This document shows positions 7,951-17,505 of a stretch of DNA of 64,000 bases, piece by piece; within the stretch, counting starts at the first letter, position 1; every line of letters starts with the position of its first letter. The notes beneath the pieces are model-generated. The model did not search any database. It was not told the origin of the DNA and saw only the letters and a program-made list of their open reading frames with translations. The DNA is from Calditrichia bacterium (GTDB lineage Bacteria; Calditrichota; Calditrichia; JAJRVZ01). The position numbers and the translations under genes were made by a program. The stretch covers positions 672,001 to 736,000 of the forward strand of contig CAWCNS010000009.1 of NCBI GenBank assembly GCA_963796965.1, given 5' to 3'.

Positions 7951-9342
7951 ATGTCGGATATTAAAACAGTCGCCCTGGGCTCGGATCATGGAGGTTATCG
8001 ATTAAAGGAGGCTTTAAAAGTCCATCTACGAGATCAGGGATATGAGGTTAACGATTGTGGTACCTTTGGTGAGAAATCCGTTGATTATCCCGATATAGCT
8101 GGTGAAGTTGCCCAGAAAGTATCAGATAAATCAACAAGATTCGGTATTATTATAGATGGGGCTGGTATTGGTTCAGCCATGGTTGCCAATAAATTTTCCG
8201 GTGTCCGTGCTGCCCTCTGCTACGATGTTTCATCTGCCAAAAATGCCCGGGAGCATAATGATGCTAACATCCTAACCTTGGGCGCAGGCTTGATTGGCTC
8301 TGCTTTAGCGCTACAAATCACTGATACTTTTCTTGCCCATGAATGTACCTTGGAACGGCACCTCAATCGGGTAAAAAAGATTAACCTTCTTGACGAAAAT
8401 TCATCAGCAAACGATTCAGTTTCTGGTGAGAATGTTCTGACAAATGCTGATTTATCCCAAATTGCACAGCGTGTGAGCCAGATTTTAAATGAGACGGATG
8501 TTCGAATATCTCCGGAGAGTGCTTCCCCATCCGAAAACTGTGACAATAAGATGATATGCAATTGTGGTGTTTGTGTTGAGAGAACGCCAGAAACAATCAG
8601 ACAATTTATTGATTATGGTGTTGATAGAATTGGTTTTCTCAACGCAGGTGGTTGTGATTGTGTTCCTGAAGATATTGCCAAATGCATTGACCACACCATT
8701 TTAAAACCAGATGCAACAGAATCAGAGATAAAAAAAATATGTGCAGAGGCACGTGAATATCAATTCGCTGCAGTTTGCGTCAGCCCCAGTTATGTATCCC
8801 TTGTAGCCAAGGAACTTGCTGGTAGCCCTGTAAAAGTCTGTACAGTTGTCGGATTTCCATCAGGAGCCCATCTGCCGGAAATCAAAGCTCTGGAGACAAG
8901 AAGGGCCATAAGGGACGGTGCTGAAGAAATCGATATGGTGATTAATATCGGTGCTTTAAAAAGTGGGAATGATGATTTGGTTTACCGGGATATCAGGCTT
9001 GTTTGTGAGGCTTGTGAAGATGGCGGAGCCATTAGCAAAGTCATTATAGAAGCGGCATTACTGACAGATGATGAAAAAGTTCGTGCCTGTGAACTTAGTA
9101 AAAGAGCGCGCGCCAATTTTGTTAAAACTTCAACCGGTTTTGGTCCTCACGGCGCCACAGCTGAAGATGTCGCTTTAATGAGTAGGGTTGTGGCAAGCGC
9201 TGGAATTGGGGTAAAAGCCGCCGGAGGGATCCGCTCTTATGATGATGCCCAAAAAATGATATCCGCCGGTGCCACAAGAGTCGGCGCCAGTGCGGGGATT
9301 AAAATTTTGCAACAGGCAAAAGAAATAACAATTAGTAACTAA
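7951..9342 (+). CDS. deoC: Fusion of RpiB/LacAB sugar-phosphate isomerase and deoxyribose-phosphate aldolase (DeoC)
   Basis: N-terminal [34 protein letters not shown]-terminal [42 protein letters not shown]. Confidence 0.92.
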   Translation: MSDIKTVALGSDHGGYRLKEALKVHLRDQGYEVNDCGTFGEKSVDYPDIAGEVAQKVSDKSTRFGIIIDGAGIGSAMVANKFSGVRAALCYDVSSAKNAREHNDANILTLGAGLIGSALALQITDTFLAHECTLERHLNRVKKINLLDENSSANDSVSGENVLTNADLSQIAQRVSQILNETDVRISPESASPSENCDNKMICNCGVCVERTPETIRQFIDYGVDRIGFLNAGGCDCVPEDIAKCIDHTILKPDATESEIKKICAEAREYQFAAVCVSPSYVSLVAKELAGSPVKVCTVVGFPSGAHLPEIKALETRRAIRDGAEEIDMVINIGALKSGNDDLVYRDIRLVCEACEDGGAISKVIIEAALLTDDEKVRACELSKRARANFVKTSTGFGPHGATAEDVALMSRVVASAGIGVKAAGGIRSYDDAQKMISAGATRVGASAGIKILQQAKEITISN

Positions 9343-9348
9343 TATATA

Positions 9349-9371
9349 AGGCAAAGTGATAGGCTTTGCCT
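9349..9371 (+). other. Intra-operon stem-loop (no U-tract)
   Basis: AGGCAAAG-TGATAGG-CTTTGCCT, a perfect 8-bp stem just after rpiB-deoC. Confidence 0.5.
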
Positions 9372-9406
9372 GTACGCGTGTAGTAAAATTTACAGGAGGA
9401 TAACCA

Positions 9407-10030
9407 GTGGTAGATCTCAGAGCCTATGTTTTTTTGGATAATCTTCAACCACAATATGCTGCATTTTTGGGCACTGTAGCGCAAGGTTTTTTACCCATTG
9501 CCGGTATGGCTTCTCTATACGTGGAGATCTCACCGGGCATTGAAATCAATCGCATTACAGATATTGCCCTTAAATCAACCAATGTGACACCTGGCATGCA
9601 GGTTGTAGAACGACTCTATGGGATGTTAGAGATTCACTCCTCATCTCAAGCAGATGTTCGGCAGGCAGGACGGTCGATATTAGAAGCTCTTGAATTAAAA
9701 GAGGAGGATCGTTGGAAACCTAAAATTTTTTCCAGCCAGGTGATCCGTCGGATTGACGATCACCAAACACAGTTAATAAACCGCATGCGTCATGGCAATA
9801 TGATTGTCCCGGGACAAACCATGTTTGTTATGGAGGTCCAACCTGCAGCTTATGCTGCCCTTGCCGCCAATGAAGCTGAAAAAGCATCAGAAATTAATAT
9901 TCTCGAGGTTCGTTCTTTTGGTAGTTTTGGCAGAGTCTACTTGGGGGGCGAAGAGCGCGACATTGATGTTGGATGGCAGGCTGCGGTTAAGGCTATTGAA
10001 GAGGTTCGGGGAAAGGATAAACATTCTTAA
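9407..10030 (+). CDS. BMC-T shell protein (permuted, double-stacking Tdp/CcmP-like)
   Basis: [57 protein letters not shown] start with AGGAGG RBS. Confidence 0.88.
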   Translation: MVDLRAYVFLDNLQPQYAAFLGTVAQGFLPIAGMASLYVEISPGIEINRITDIALKSTNVTPGMQVVERLYGMLEIHSSSQADVRQAGRSILEALELKEEDRWKPKIFSSQVIRRIDDHQTQLINRMRHGNMIVPGQTMFVMEVQPAAYAALAANEAEKASEINILEVRSFGSFGRVYLGGEERDIDVGWQAAVKAIEEVRGKDKHS

Positions 10031-10031
10031 T

Positions 10032-10155
10032 GATATGGGATATGGGATATGGACAAATGTATCTCTTTCCTGATTGTTATCAAGTTGTAGTATGATAAAT
10101 AAAACCCGACATCAAGAATTGCGTATCGAGTATCCAATATTAAATATCTATATCA
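10032..10155. repeat. Heptamer tandem repeats in inverted arrangement inside the BMC operon
   Basis: (GATATGG)x3 at 10032-10052 and a degenerate 7-nt periodic tract (…GCGTAT CGAGTAT CCAATAT TAAATAT C…) near 10120-10155. Confidence 0.5.
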
Positions 10156-10196
10156 ATAAATAGAAATCATAAATTTTCATAAACGGAGGAATTAAA

Positions 10197-10511
10197 ATGG
10201 CTGAAGCATTAGGAATGATTGAAACCAGAAGTTTTCCTGCAGTAGTAGAAGCAGCAGATGCAATGGTTAAAGCGGCAAAAGTTGAATTTGTTTCTTATGA
10301 AAAGACTGGAGGAGGATATGTTACTGCTATAATTCGTGGTGATGTTGCCGCTGTTAAGGCGGCCTGTGACGCCGGTCGTGCCGGTGCTACGCGCGTTGGA
10401 GAGATTGTCTCAGTACATATCATTGCACGTCCTCATCACAACGTTGATGCTGTACTACCTTTGGGACGCATTAAAGAAGGTGAAACAGCAATGAAGGGAA
10501 AAAGTAAGTAA
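10197..10511 (+). CDS. BMC-H hexamer shell protein (EutM/PduA-like)
   Basis: ALGMIETR...AADAMVKAA...[10 protein letters not shown]...HIIARPH; strong GGAGG RBS. Confidence 0.95.
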   Translation: MAEALGMIETRSFPAVVEAADAMVKAAKVEFVSYEKTGGGYVTAIIRGDVAAVKAACDAGRAGATRVGEIVSVHIIARPHHNVDAVLPLGRIKEGETAMKGKSK

Positions 10512-10523
10512 CAAGGAGTAGAT

Positions 10524-10823
10524 ATGGTTCTGGCAAGAGTTTCGGGGACAGTGGTTTCTACCCGAAAAGAAGAAACGATGGATGGGTTGAAGTTTTTAAT
10601 TCTCCAACAAGTGAATCTCGATGGGCAGGAAGAGGGCGGCTTTGTTGTCGCAGCTGATGCTGTAGGTGCTGGTGTGGGTGAATATGTATTATATGCCAGT
10701 GGAAGCTCGGCCCGACAAACAATTGCAACCGACAAACGACCATGTGACGCTGTTGTTATGGCAATTGTTGATAACTGGGAAATCGGGGGAGATCTGAAAT
10801 ATAAAAAGGGTCTCAACGATTAA
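10524..10823 (+). CDS. BMC-P pentamer (EutN/CcmL family)
   Basis: [39 protein letters not shown]. Confidence 0.93.
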   Translation: MVLARVSGTVVSTRKEETMDGLKFLILQQVNLDGQEEGGFVVAADAVGAGVGEYVLYASGSSARQTIATDKRPCDAVVMAIVDNWEIGGDLKYKKGLND

Positions 10824-10870
10824 ACATTCAAATTACATATGCATTTCTTCTTACCTGGGAGACAAATATA

Positions 10871-12325
10871 TTGTCTAACTTAAGTCAATCACAGATAAAC
10901 ACAATTGCCGTAGAGGTTGTTGAACTTCTCAAATCAAACAAATCTGTGGAGAAAGACATCAATAATACACCGGTGAGTGAAAAAATATCCTCTCCCAACC
11001 GAGAGGGTATTTTTCCTGATATTGATCAGGCTACACAGGCTGCAAAAAAAGCACAACAACAATTGATGGACAGTTCTCTGGAGAAACGGGGAAAGATTAT
11101 CTCCAACATCAGAAAAGTGATGCTTGAGAATGCTGAAGATCTAGCAAGACAGGCGCATTTGGAAACAGGCTTAGGACGGATTGAAGATAAAATTGTAAAA
11201 AACCGTCTTGTATGTGAGAAGACGCCGGGTACGGAATTTCTTTATCCTTCAGCAAAGTCCGGAGATCGTGGATTAACCCTCATGGAACTTGCACCCTATG
11301 GTATCATTGGCGCTATCACTCCGGTTACAAATCCAACATCTACCATCATCTGTAATACCATAGGGATGGTTGCAGCTGGCAATGCTGTTGTATTTAATGT
11401 TCACCCATCAGCCAAACAAGTGAGTATTCTCAATATTCAATTATTAAACAAGGCTATTACCGAAGTTGGTGGACCGGTAAATTTAGTCACCACCGTATCA
11501 GATCCGACAATAGAATCCGCGCAGGCATTAATGAAACACAAAGATATACGTCTGCTTGTTGTCACAGGTGGTGCCGGAGTGGTAAAAGAAGCCATGAGGA
11601 GTGGCAAGCGCGCCATATGCGCCGGACCTGGCAATCCGCCTGTGGTTGTAGATGAAACAGCAGATATAGACCTTGCGGCAAGAAGTATCATTGCCGGTGC
11701 GTCGATGGATAACAACATCATTTGTGTTGATGAAAAAGAAGTATTTGTCGTTGCTGCTGTTGCTGATAAACTATTAGCTGCCTTTGCTGGTCATAATGCT
11801 GTTGTTTTAAATGATCAACAGATCTCTCAACTAGAAAAAGTAATTTTTGCTGAAAATCTTAGGCCCGGTAAACCTGCTATTATGGAGAAAAGTCTGATCG
11901 GTAAAAATGCTCAGGTTATTCTCAGCAAAATTGGAATTACCGTCGATGAAAAAGTCCGTATTGCCGTAGCCCCGGTAGCTGCTGATCACCCATTAGTCTG
12001 GAGTGAACAAATGATGCCCATTCTGCCGGTGGTAACAATGCCTGATGCAGATTCAGCGATTGAAATTGCCATAAAGGCAGAGCATGGATTTGGACATACC
12101 GCCGTCATGTATTCAAAAAACATCGACAATCTTAGTCGCATGGCTAGGATGTCTAATTGCAGTATTTTCGTAAAAAACGGCCCCTCCTATTCCGGACTAG
12201 GTCATGGTGGGGAGGGCTATTGCTCTTTCTCCATAGCCAGTCCGACTGGAGAAGGATTAACAAACCCCAGGAGTTTTTCCAGGGAAAGACGCTGTGTACT
12301 CGTAGATCACTTCAGGATAGTATAA
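10871..12325 (+). CDS. Acylating aldehyde dehydrogenase (EutE/PduP-like) with N-terminal encapsulation peptide
   Basis: PYGIIGAITPVTNP, VTGG, AGPGNPPVVVDETAD, DNNIICVDEKE, EQMMP, TGEGLT; amphipathic N-terminus SQSQINTIAVEVVELLK. Confidence 0.92.
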   Translation: MSNLSQSQINTIAVEVVELLKSNKSVEKDINNTPVSEKISSPNREGIFPDIDQATQAAKKAQQQLMDSSLEKRGKIISNIRKVMLENAEDLARQAHLETGLGRIEDKIVKNRLVCEKTPGTEFLYPSAKSGDRGLTLMELAPYGIIGAITPVTNPTSTIICNTIGMVAAGNAVVFNVHPSAKQVSILNIQLLNKAITEVGGPVNLVTTVSDPTIESAQALMKHKDIRLLVVTGGAGVVKEAMRSGKRAICAGPGNPPVVVDETADIDLAARSIIAGASMDNNIICVDEKEVFVVAAVADKLLAAFAGHNAVVLNDQQISQLEKVIFAENLRPGKPAIMEKSLIGKNAQVILSKIGITVDEKVRIAVAPVAADHPLVWSEQMMPILPVVTMPDADSAIEIAIKAEHGFGHTAVMYSKNIDNLSRMARMSNCSIFVKNGPSYSGLGHGGEGYCSFSIASPTGEGLTNPRSFSRERRCVLVDHFRIV

Positions 12326-12933
12326 TGACAATTTACCCGGCTATTGCACTACTCGAATTATCCAGTATCGCCATTGGCATTTATTGCGCCGATGAAATGA
12401 TAAAACGCTCACCGATTACAGTTATTAAGTCCGGAACTGTTCATAACGGAAAATATCTTATACTTATTGGTGGAACCGTTGCCTCTACTGAGGAAGCTTA
12501 TATCCTGGGACTATCTCTAACCAAAGAAGAATTAATAGATCAGGTATTTTTGCCTGATATCAATGGCCAGGTACATGATGCTATCATCGGTCAACGGGGA
12601 CAATGTTCAAAAGAATCAATAGGCATAATTGAAACCACAACCGCCTCAGCAACGGTTAAAGCAACAGATGCAGCCATTAAAGGTGCAGATGTTGATGTTG
12701 TTGAAATTCGCTTGGCTGACCATTTGGGAGGAAAAGCATTTTCGATTGTAACCGGTGAAGTTCAAAATGTACAATCTGCAATTCAGGTTGCACAGGAGAG
12801 TATGACCAATCCACGATCTTGGATACGCGGCGTTGTTATCCCTCATCTTCATTTTGAAATGGCAGAACAAATTGAGCAATCCACTTATTTTGAAAAACTG
12901 AATATGTGGCAGCTTGAGGGAGGGGAATTGTAA
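12325..12933 (+). CDS. BMC-T shell protein (single-layer, PduT-like tandem domain)
   Basis: ATG 12325 overlaps the AldDH stop; AIALLELSSIAIG...GKYLILIGG and SIGIIET...ATDAAIKGADV...LGGKAF. Confidence 0.88.
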   Translation: MTIYPAIALLELSSIAIGIYCADEMIKRSPITVIKSGTVHNGKYLILIGGTVASTEEAYILGLSLTKEELIDQVFLPDINGQVHDAIIGQRGQCSKESIGIIETTTASATVKATDAAIKGADVDVVEIRLADHLGGKAFSIVTGEVQNVQSAIQVAQESMTNPRSWIRGVVIPHLHFEMAEQIEQSTYFEKLNMWQLEGGEL

Positions 12934-13217
12934 TGCATCTTGGCAAAGTTATTGGCACTCTTACTCCTTGTATTATCTATCCCGGTCTTGAGGGGGTCCC
13001 CCTGCTATTAGTCCAGCCATTAGATAAATATGAAAATCCCGATGGTAAAGTTATCGTTGCTTGCGACTCTACCCGGATGGCTGCACCACAGGAATTAATT
13101 TATTATGAGGGTGGAAGAGAGGCTGCACTTGCACTTGAAAAATGGTTTGTTCCTGTCGATCATTCAATCATCGGCATTGTTGATGGTGTTCATCATTTAG
13201 AATCGGAGGCGCCATGA
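12933..13217 (+). CDS. BMC-P pentamer (EutN/CcmL family)
   Basis: MHLGKVIGT, LLLVQPLD, GREAA, PVDHSIIGIVD. Confidence 0.88.
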   Translation: MHLGKVIGTLTPCIIYPGLEGVPLLLVQPLDKYENPDGKVIVACDSTRMAAPQELIYYEGGREAALALEKWFVPVDHSIIGIVDGVHHLESEAP

Positions 13218-13480
13218 TATTAGGGCGCGTTTGCGGGGCCATACATTCGACAATCAACCACCAATTTTATGATAACAAAAGGTTATTGATTATCGACAAG
13301 ATAAACACCAATGGATCACCAACAGGTAAATATTTAATTGCTGTCGATTCGGTTGGAGCTGGTTCCGGGGAGATAGTCCTTATTGTAGATGAGGGAGGTT
13401 CTGCACGTCAGATCGTGGATGATCAAGCCGCACCAATTAGATCAATAATTATAGGTATTGTTGACCAGATAAATGTTTAA
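13214..13480 (+). CDS. BMC-P pentamer (EutN/CcmL family)
   Basis: MILGRVCG, IAVDSVGAGSGE, EGGSARQ, PIRSIIIGIVD. Confidence 0.9.
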   Translation: MILGRVCGAIHSTINHQFYDNKRLLIIDKINTNGSPTGKYLIAVDSVGAGSGEIVLIVDEGGSARQIVDDQAAPIRSIIIGIVDQINV

Positions 13481-13548
13481 GAAGAACACGTTTTTTCACA
13501 GCAATTATCCATCATAAATTGACAATTATATAGAATGTCGGGGAGCAG

Positions 13549-14205
13549 ATGATAAAAACCGAGTGGGAAACGAGGCGAGATATCATAAATTGCGCAAAGA
13601 GGGCCTTTAACAGAGGCCTGGTTGCGGCAACTGACGGGAACATTTCTATCCGCATGGATACGGACCGCGTCATGATCACCCCAGGGGGTACATCTTTTGC
13701 AAATCTCAACGCAGGTGAATTGGCCTATGTTGATAGTGAGGGTACACTTTTGGATTATTCCTGCAAACCTTCATCTGAGCTACCAATGCATCTGGAAATC
13801 TATAGACAAAGATCTGATATTCAGGCTATTATTCATGCACATCCACCCTATAGTACAGCCTTTACAGTTGCTGGCATGTCCATGGCAACCCCTGTTCTTC
13901 CGGAAGTAATAGTTATGCTTGGCGCTGTACCAACAGCAGAATATGCCACTCCTTCTACAACCGAGAGTGCAGAAGTAATTACTGATCTAATAAAAAAACA
14001 TGATGTGATTCTCCTTGACCACCATGGAGCCGTAACTTGCGGAGAAACGTTAGACGAAGCATATTATAAAATGGATAAACTCGAACACGCTGCCCGAACA
14101 ATGCTGGCAGCAAATTCACTTGGCACTATAAATCCATTAACTGAGGACAATATTAAGAAATTGCATCAATTTAAAAAAAAGTCAGCATCTACAGAAAAAT
14201 ATTAA
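13549..14205 (+). CDS. Class II aldolase/adducin family protein (FucA-like)
   Basis: GNISIR, ITPGG, PSSELPMHLEIY, IIHAHPPY, LLDHHG zinc motifs. Confidence 0.9.
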   Translation: MIKTEWETRRDIINCAKRAFNRGLVAATDGNISIRMDTDRVMITPGGTSFANLNAGELAYVDSEGTLLDYSCKPSSELPMHLEIYRQRSDIQAIIHAHPPYSTAFTVAGMSMATPVLPEVIVMLGAVPTAEYATPSTTESAEVITDLIKKHDVILLDHHGAVTCGETLDEAYYKMDKLEHAARTMLAANSLGTINPLTEDNIKKLHQFKKKSASTEKY

Positions 14206-14215
14206 AATCTAAATT

Positions 14216-15532
14216 ATGACACCTTACGAAATAATATCTCAAAAACGAGATGGGAAGAAACTCTCTTTTTCGCAAATCGAATACTTTATCAATGGATTTA
14301 CCGCGGGTAGAATTCCTGATTATCAGATGTCCGCCTTACTTATGGCTATCTATTTGCAAGGTATGGATCAGGAAGAAGGCGATGCCCTTGTTCAAACCTA
14401 TATAAATTCTGGAGAAATATTAGATCTGAGTCACCTGCCTGGTGTAAAAGTTGACAAGCACAGCACCGGTGGTGTTGGCGATAAAGTGTCAATCATATTG
14501 GCTCCAATTGTAGCAGCAGCAGGTGTCCCGGTACCAATGATATCAGGTAGAGGCCTGGGACATTCCGGTGGTACCTTAGATAAGTTAGAATCAATTCCGG
14601 GTTTTAAAGTCGATTATCAGGTAAATGAATTTATAAGTATACTTGAGAAATTAAATGTTTGTCTTATTGGACAAACAAGTGAACTTGCTCCAGCTGATAA
14701 AAAGATATATGCGCTTCGTGATGTTACAGCTACCGTTCAGTCGATTCCACTAATTGGCGCCAGTATTATGAGTAAAAAAATCGCCGAGGGTATTGATGCA
14801 TTAGTGCTTGATGTAAAAACGGGTGTAGGCGCATTTATGTCTGAATATAATCAGTCTCTTGACCTAGCCAAGACACTAATCCGAATTGGAGAAAATGCTG
14901 GTAAAAAGACAGTTGCCTATATCACCGATATGAATACACCATTGGGACATACGGTAGGGAATTGGCTTGAAATAGAGGAATGTCTCGAATGTTTACATGA
15001 TAAGGGACCTAAGGATTTGATGGATGTTACCCATGTTTTAGCCGGGACGATGATATATTTAGGTGAGAAAGCAACAAGCATCAACAAAGGAATAGAAATA
15101 TCTAAGACCCTGATTAAGGATGGAAGCGCCAAGGAAAAATTTATTGAAATTGTGAAAGAACAAGAAGGCGACATTACTTTTCTATATAATCCCGAATCAT
15201 ATCCAACATCTAAATACCAGGTTGAATATAAAACGCCTTATTCTGGGTGGATTGAGTCTATAAACGCCTACGAGACCGGGATGACCGGAATATTACTTGG
15301 AGGAGGAAGATTAAAACAAGATGATGTGCTCGATCCTAAGGCAGGTGTGCGATTTTACGCTAAGCCCGGTGATAAAATTGCTTCCGGTCAACCTCTTTTC
15401 ACCCTGTATACTGATAATAAAAATATAATTGATCTGGCTACTAAAAAACTATCCGCAGCAATCAAAGTTTCAGAACATCCTGTTAAACCACCAGACTTAA
15501 TCTTAAACTATCTTGACAAATCCAATCTATAG
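14216..15532 (+). CDS. pdp: Pyrimidine-nucleoside (thymidine) phosphorylase
   Basis: DKHSTGGVGDK, SGRGLGHSGGTLDKLESIPG, PADKKIYALRDVTATV, SIMSKK, LDVKTGVGAFM. Confidence 0.93.
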   Translation: MTPYEIISQKRDGKKLSFSQIEYFINGFTAGRIPDYQMSALLMAIYLQGMDQEEGDALVQTYINSGEILDLSHLPGVKVDKHSTGGVGDKVSIILAPIVAAAGVPVPMISGRGLGHSGGTLDKLESIPGFKVDYQVNEFISILEKLNVCLIGQTSELAPADKKIYALRDVTATVQSIPLIGASIMSKKIAEGIDALVLDVKTGVGAFMSEYNQSLDLAKTLIRIGENAGKKTVAYITDMNTPLGHTVGNWLEIEECLECLHDKGPKDLMDVTHVLAGTMIYLGEKATSINKGIEISKTLIKDGSAKEKFIEIVKEQEGDITFLYNPESYPTSKYQVEYKTPYSGWIESINAYETGMTGILLGGGRLKQDDVLDPKAGVRFYAKPGDKIASGQPLFTLYTDNKNIIDLATKKLSAAIKVSEHPVKPPDLILNYLDKSNL

Positions 15533-15634
15533 CCAATCGCAGACAAATTTCATTTTACTCAAAAGACCCGAATCAAATATAAACTACCTATTCCAGGCAC
15601 TTAATACTAAAGAGATTCTTTTAAACGTGAATGA

Positions 15635-16471
15635 TTAATCCCTCTTAGGCAGTTCAAACCGTCTCAATCCATCCCAGGTCATTTTACGACGCAGCGGTAA
15701 GGCTATGACTTCAGTATCCAGGTAGAGGGGGATCCAGGGATTATCTTTTGTATGATTAAGCAGGAAGAATTGGCAGGCAGGTGTATCACCATTTCCAATT
15801 AAAGCAAATAGTTGTCCCTCTAAATTTTTAGCTAAATCGACAATCATCACAGCATGTCCTTTTGTCCCTTTTTTTACAACAAAGTCTCCAATCTGGACAT
15901 TCCTTCTATTAACTGTCTCATAAGAATGATAAAACTGCTGGGTATGAGATTCACTAAAGACAACATTTAGATACTTAATAAAAGATGAATAGGATGAATC
16001 TGGCCTTGCTGCTGTCTTGAGATTGACCTGCAGGCCATTAAAATATGGTCTGTTTCCTGCTCTCCATTCATCCCAAGACAACCATGTTCCACCAGGTAAT
16101 GGTAACTGAAAGCCCTTGTATTCCTTTTTATTCCAGATATACTCCGCATATAATCTAATAACTATGTCCATGCACTGCTCCAGACGGCGACCTGAGATAT
16201 CCCATTTAACCACAGCAGCCACAATGGTATCCTCTCCACTTTTAAAAACATTACCTCTAAAATCTAAAACGGGAGAACCAGTTTTTTTTAGTGCTAAGTT
16301 ACGCAACCATTGGGCATAACTATTTGGCTCAGCTGTAAGTCGTTTATATTCGGAGGATGGTAAGGGAATGTCTCCAATTATTTTCTGTGCTCTTACAACT
16401 GACGTTATACTTAGTTGGAGTATACAATGAATTACTATAACTATAAAATAATACCTGGTATTAAACATCAT
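15635..16471 (-). CDS. DUF4846-like exported protein
   Basis: Signal peptide; WLRNLALK, LEQCMDIVIRLYAEY, GHAVMIVDLA...GDTPA resemble DUF4846. Confidence 0.65.
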   Translation of the reverse strand: MMFNTRYYFIVIVIHCILQLSITSVVRAQKIIGDIPLPSSEYKRLTAEPNSYAQWLRNLALKKTGSPVLDFRGNVFKSGEDTIVAAVVKWDISGRRLEQCMDIVIRLYAEYIWNKKEYKGFQLPLPGGTWLSWDEWRAGNRPYFNGLQVNLKTAARPDSSYSSFIKYLNVVFSESHTQQFYHSYETVNRRNVQIGDFVVKKGTKGHAVMIVDLAKNLEGQLFALIGNGDTPACQFFLLNHTKDNPWIPLYLDTEVIALPLRRKMTWDGLRRFELPKRD

Positions 16472-17406
16472 TCTGAATTTTCATAGTTTGCTTTAATATT
16501 TCGTTTAAAGTTTGCATAACCTGTTCTCAACACCGCGCTTTTTTTAAATCTCTTTATAAACGTATCCTCATCCATTGAATCCCATTTCTCAATATGGGGT
16601 GTAACATTCCCATCCTTAGGGAGGAATCTTTCTTCTTTACTATTGTGGCTATTTTTATTCCAGGGACAAACATCTTGACATATATCGCATCCAAAGATCC
16701 AGCCATTTATATTATTCTTTAGATCTTCAGGGATAGGCTTATCCCAATATTCAATTGTAAGATAGGATATACATTTATTGGCATCCAACTGATAGGGCTC
16801 TACGATAGCACCGGTTGGGCAAGCTTTTATACAAGCCTGGCAACTTCCACAATAATCTACCATGGGACTATCATAATGAAGAACAGAATCGACAATGAGT
16901 TCTCCGAGAAACACCCAGGATCCAAAATCTCGTGTAATTAAATTTGTATGCTTACCCTGCCAGCCAATGCCTGCCTTTTCGGCCCATAACTTCTCCATTA
17001 TAGGGGCTGTGTCAACACAAATACGCCCATTAATTTGTGGATCCAGCTCTAGTATATTTTGGAGTAACCGTTTCAATTTTTTTTTCATTATCTTATGATA
17101 ATCCTCACCCCAGGCATATCGTGAAATTTTTGCATCTCCTGCCTGGGGGGAATGCTTGAAGTCTGTATAATAATTGAAAGCAACGGAGATAACTGACTGC
17201 GCATCTGGAACAAATTTCTGAATGTCCATTCGCTTATTTTTATATTTTAACATCCAAGACATCGTCCCATGATAGTTTTTATTTAACCAGATATCCAGTA
17301 GTTGACTTTTCTCGGGCTGCAATGCTGGTGAAATACCAACTTTATCAAAACCCAGATCAAGGGCCATTTTTTTTATTTTAGAAGTTAGATTTAACATTGT
17401 ATACAA
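16468..17406 (-). CDS. queG: Epoxyqueuosine reductase
   Basis: SRYAWGEDYH, VDTAPIMEK, GIGWQGKH, CGSCQACIKACPT, CISYLTIE, GCDICQDVCPWN. Start may be ATG 17397. Confidence 0.93.
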   Translation of the reverse strand: MYTMLNLTSKIKKMALDLGFDKVGISPALQPEKSQLLDIWLNKNYHGTMSWMLKYKNKRMDIQKFVPDAQSVISVAFNYYTDFKHSPQAGDAKISRYAWGEDYHKIMKKKLKRLLQNILELDPQINGRICVDTAPIMEKLWAEKAGIGWQGKHTNLITRDFGSWVFLGELIVDSVLHYDSPMVDYCGSCQACIKACPTGAIVEPYQLDANKCISYLTIEYWDKPIPEDLKNNINGWIFGCDICQDVCPWNKNSHNSKEERFLPKDGNVTPHIEKWDSMDEDTFIKRFKKSAVLRTGYANFKRNIKANYENSE

Positions 17407-17505
17407 TCACTTATTTTAGAATAAATTGACTATTTCAAAACATAGTTAAAATATTGACAGCAATTATTCAAAAAAATAATTAACTTTTTTTAAAAATGAG
17501 GTGGC

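Noticed and set aside
10032..10155. Short repeats as a possible CRISPR array
   Set aside because: Units are 7 nt with no unique spacers, and there are no cas genes in the window.
12157..12324. N-terminal extension of the second BMC-T in the ORF track
   Set aside because: It overlaps AldDH in another frame; the real start is ATG 12325, coupled to the AldDH stop.
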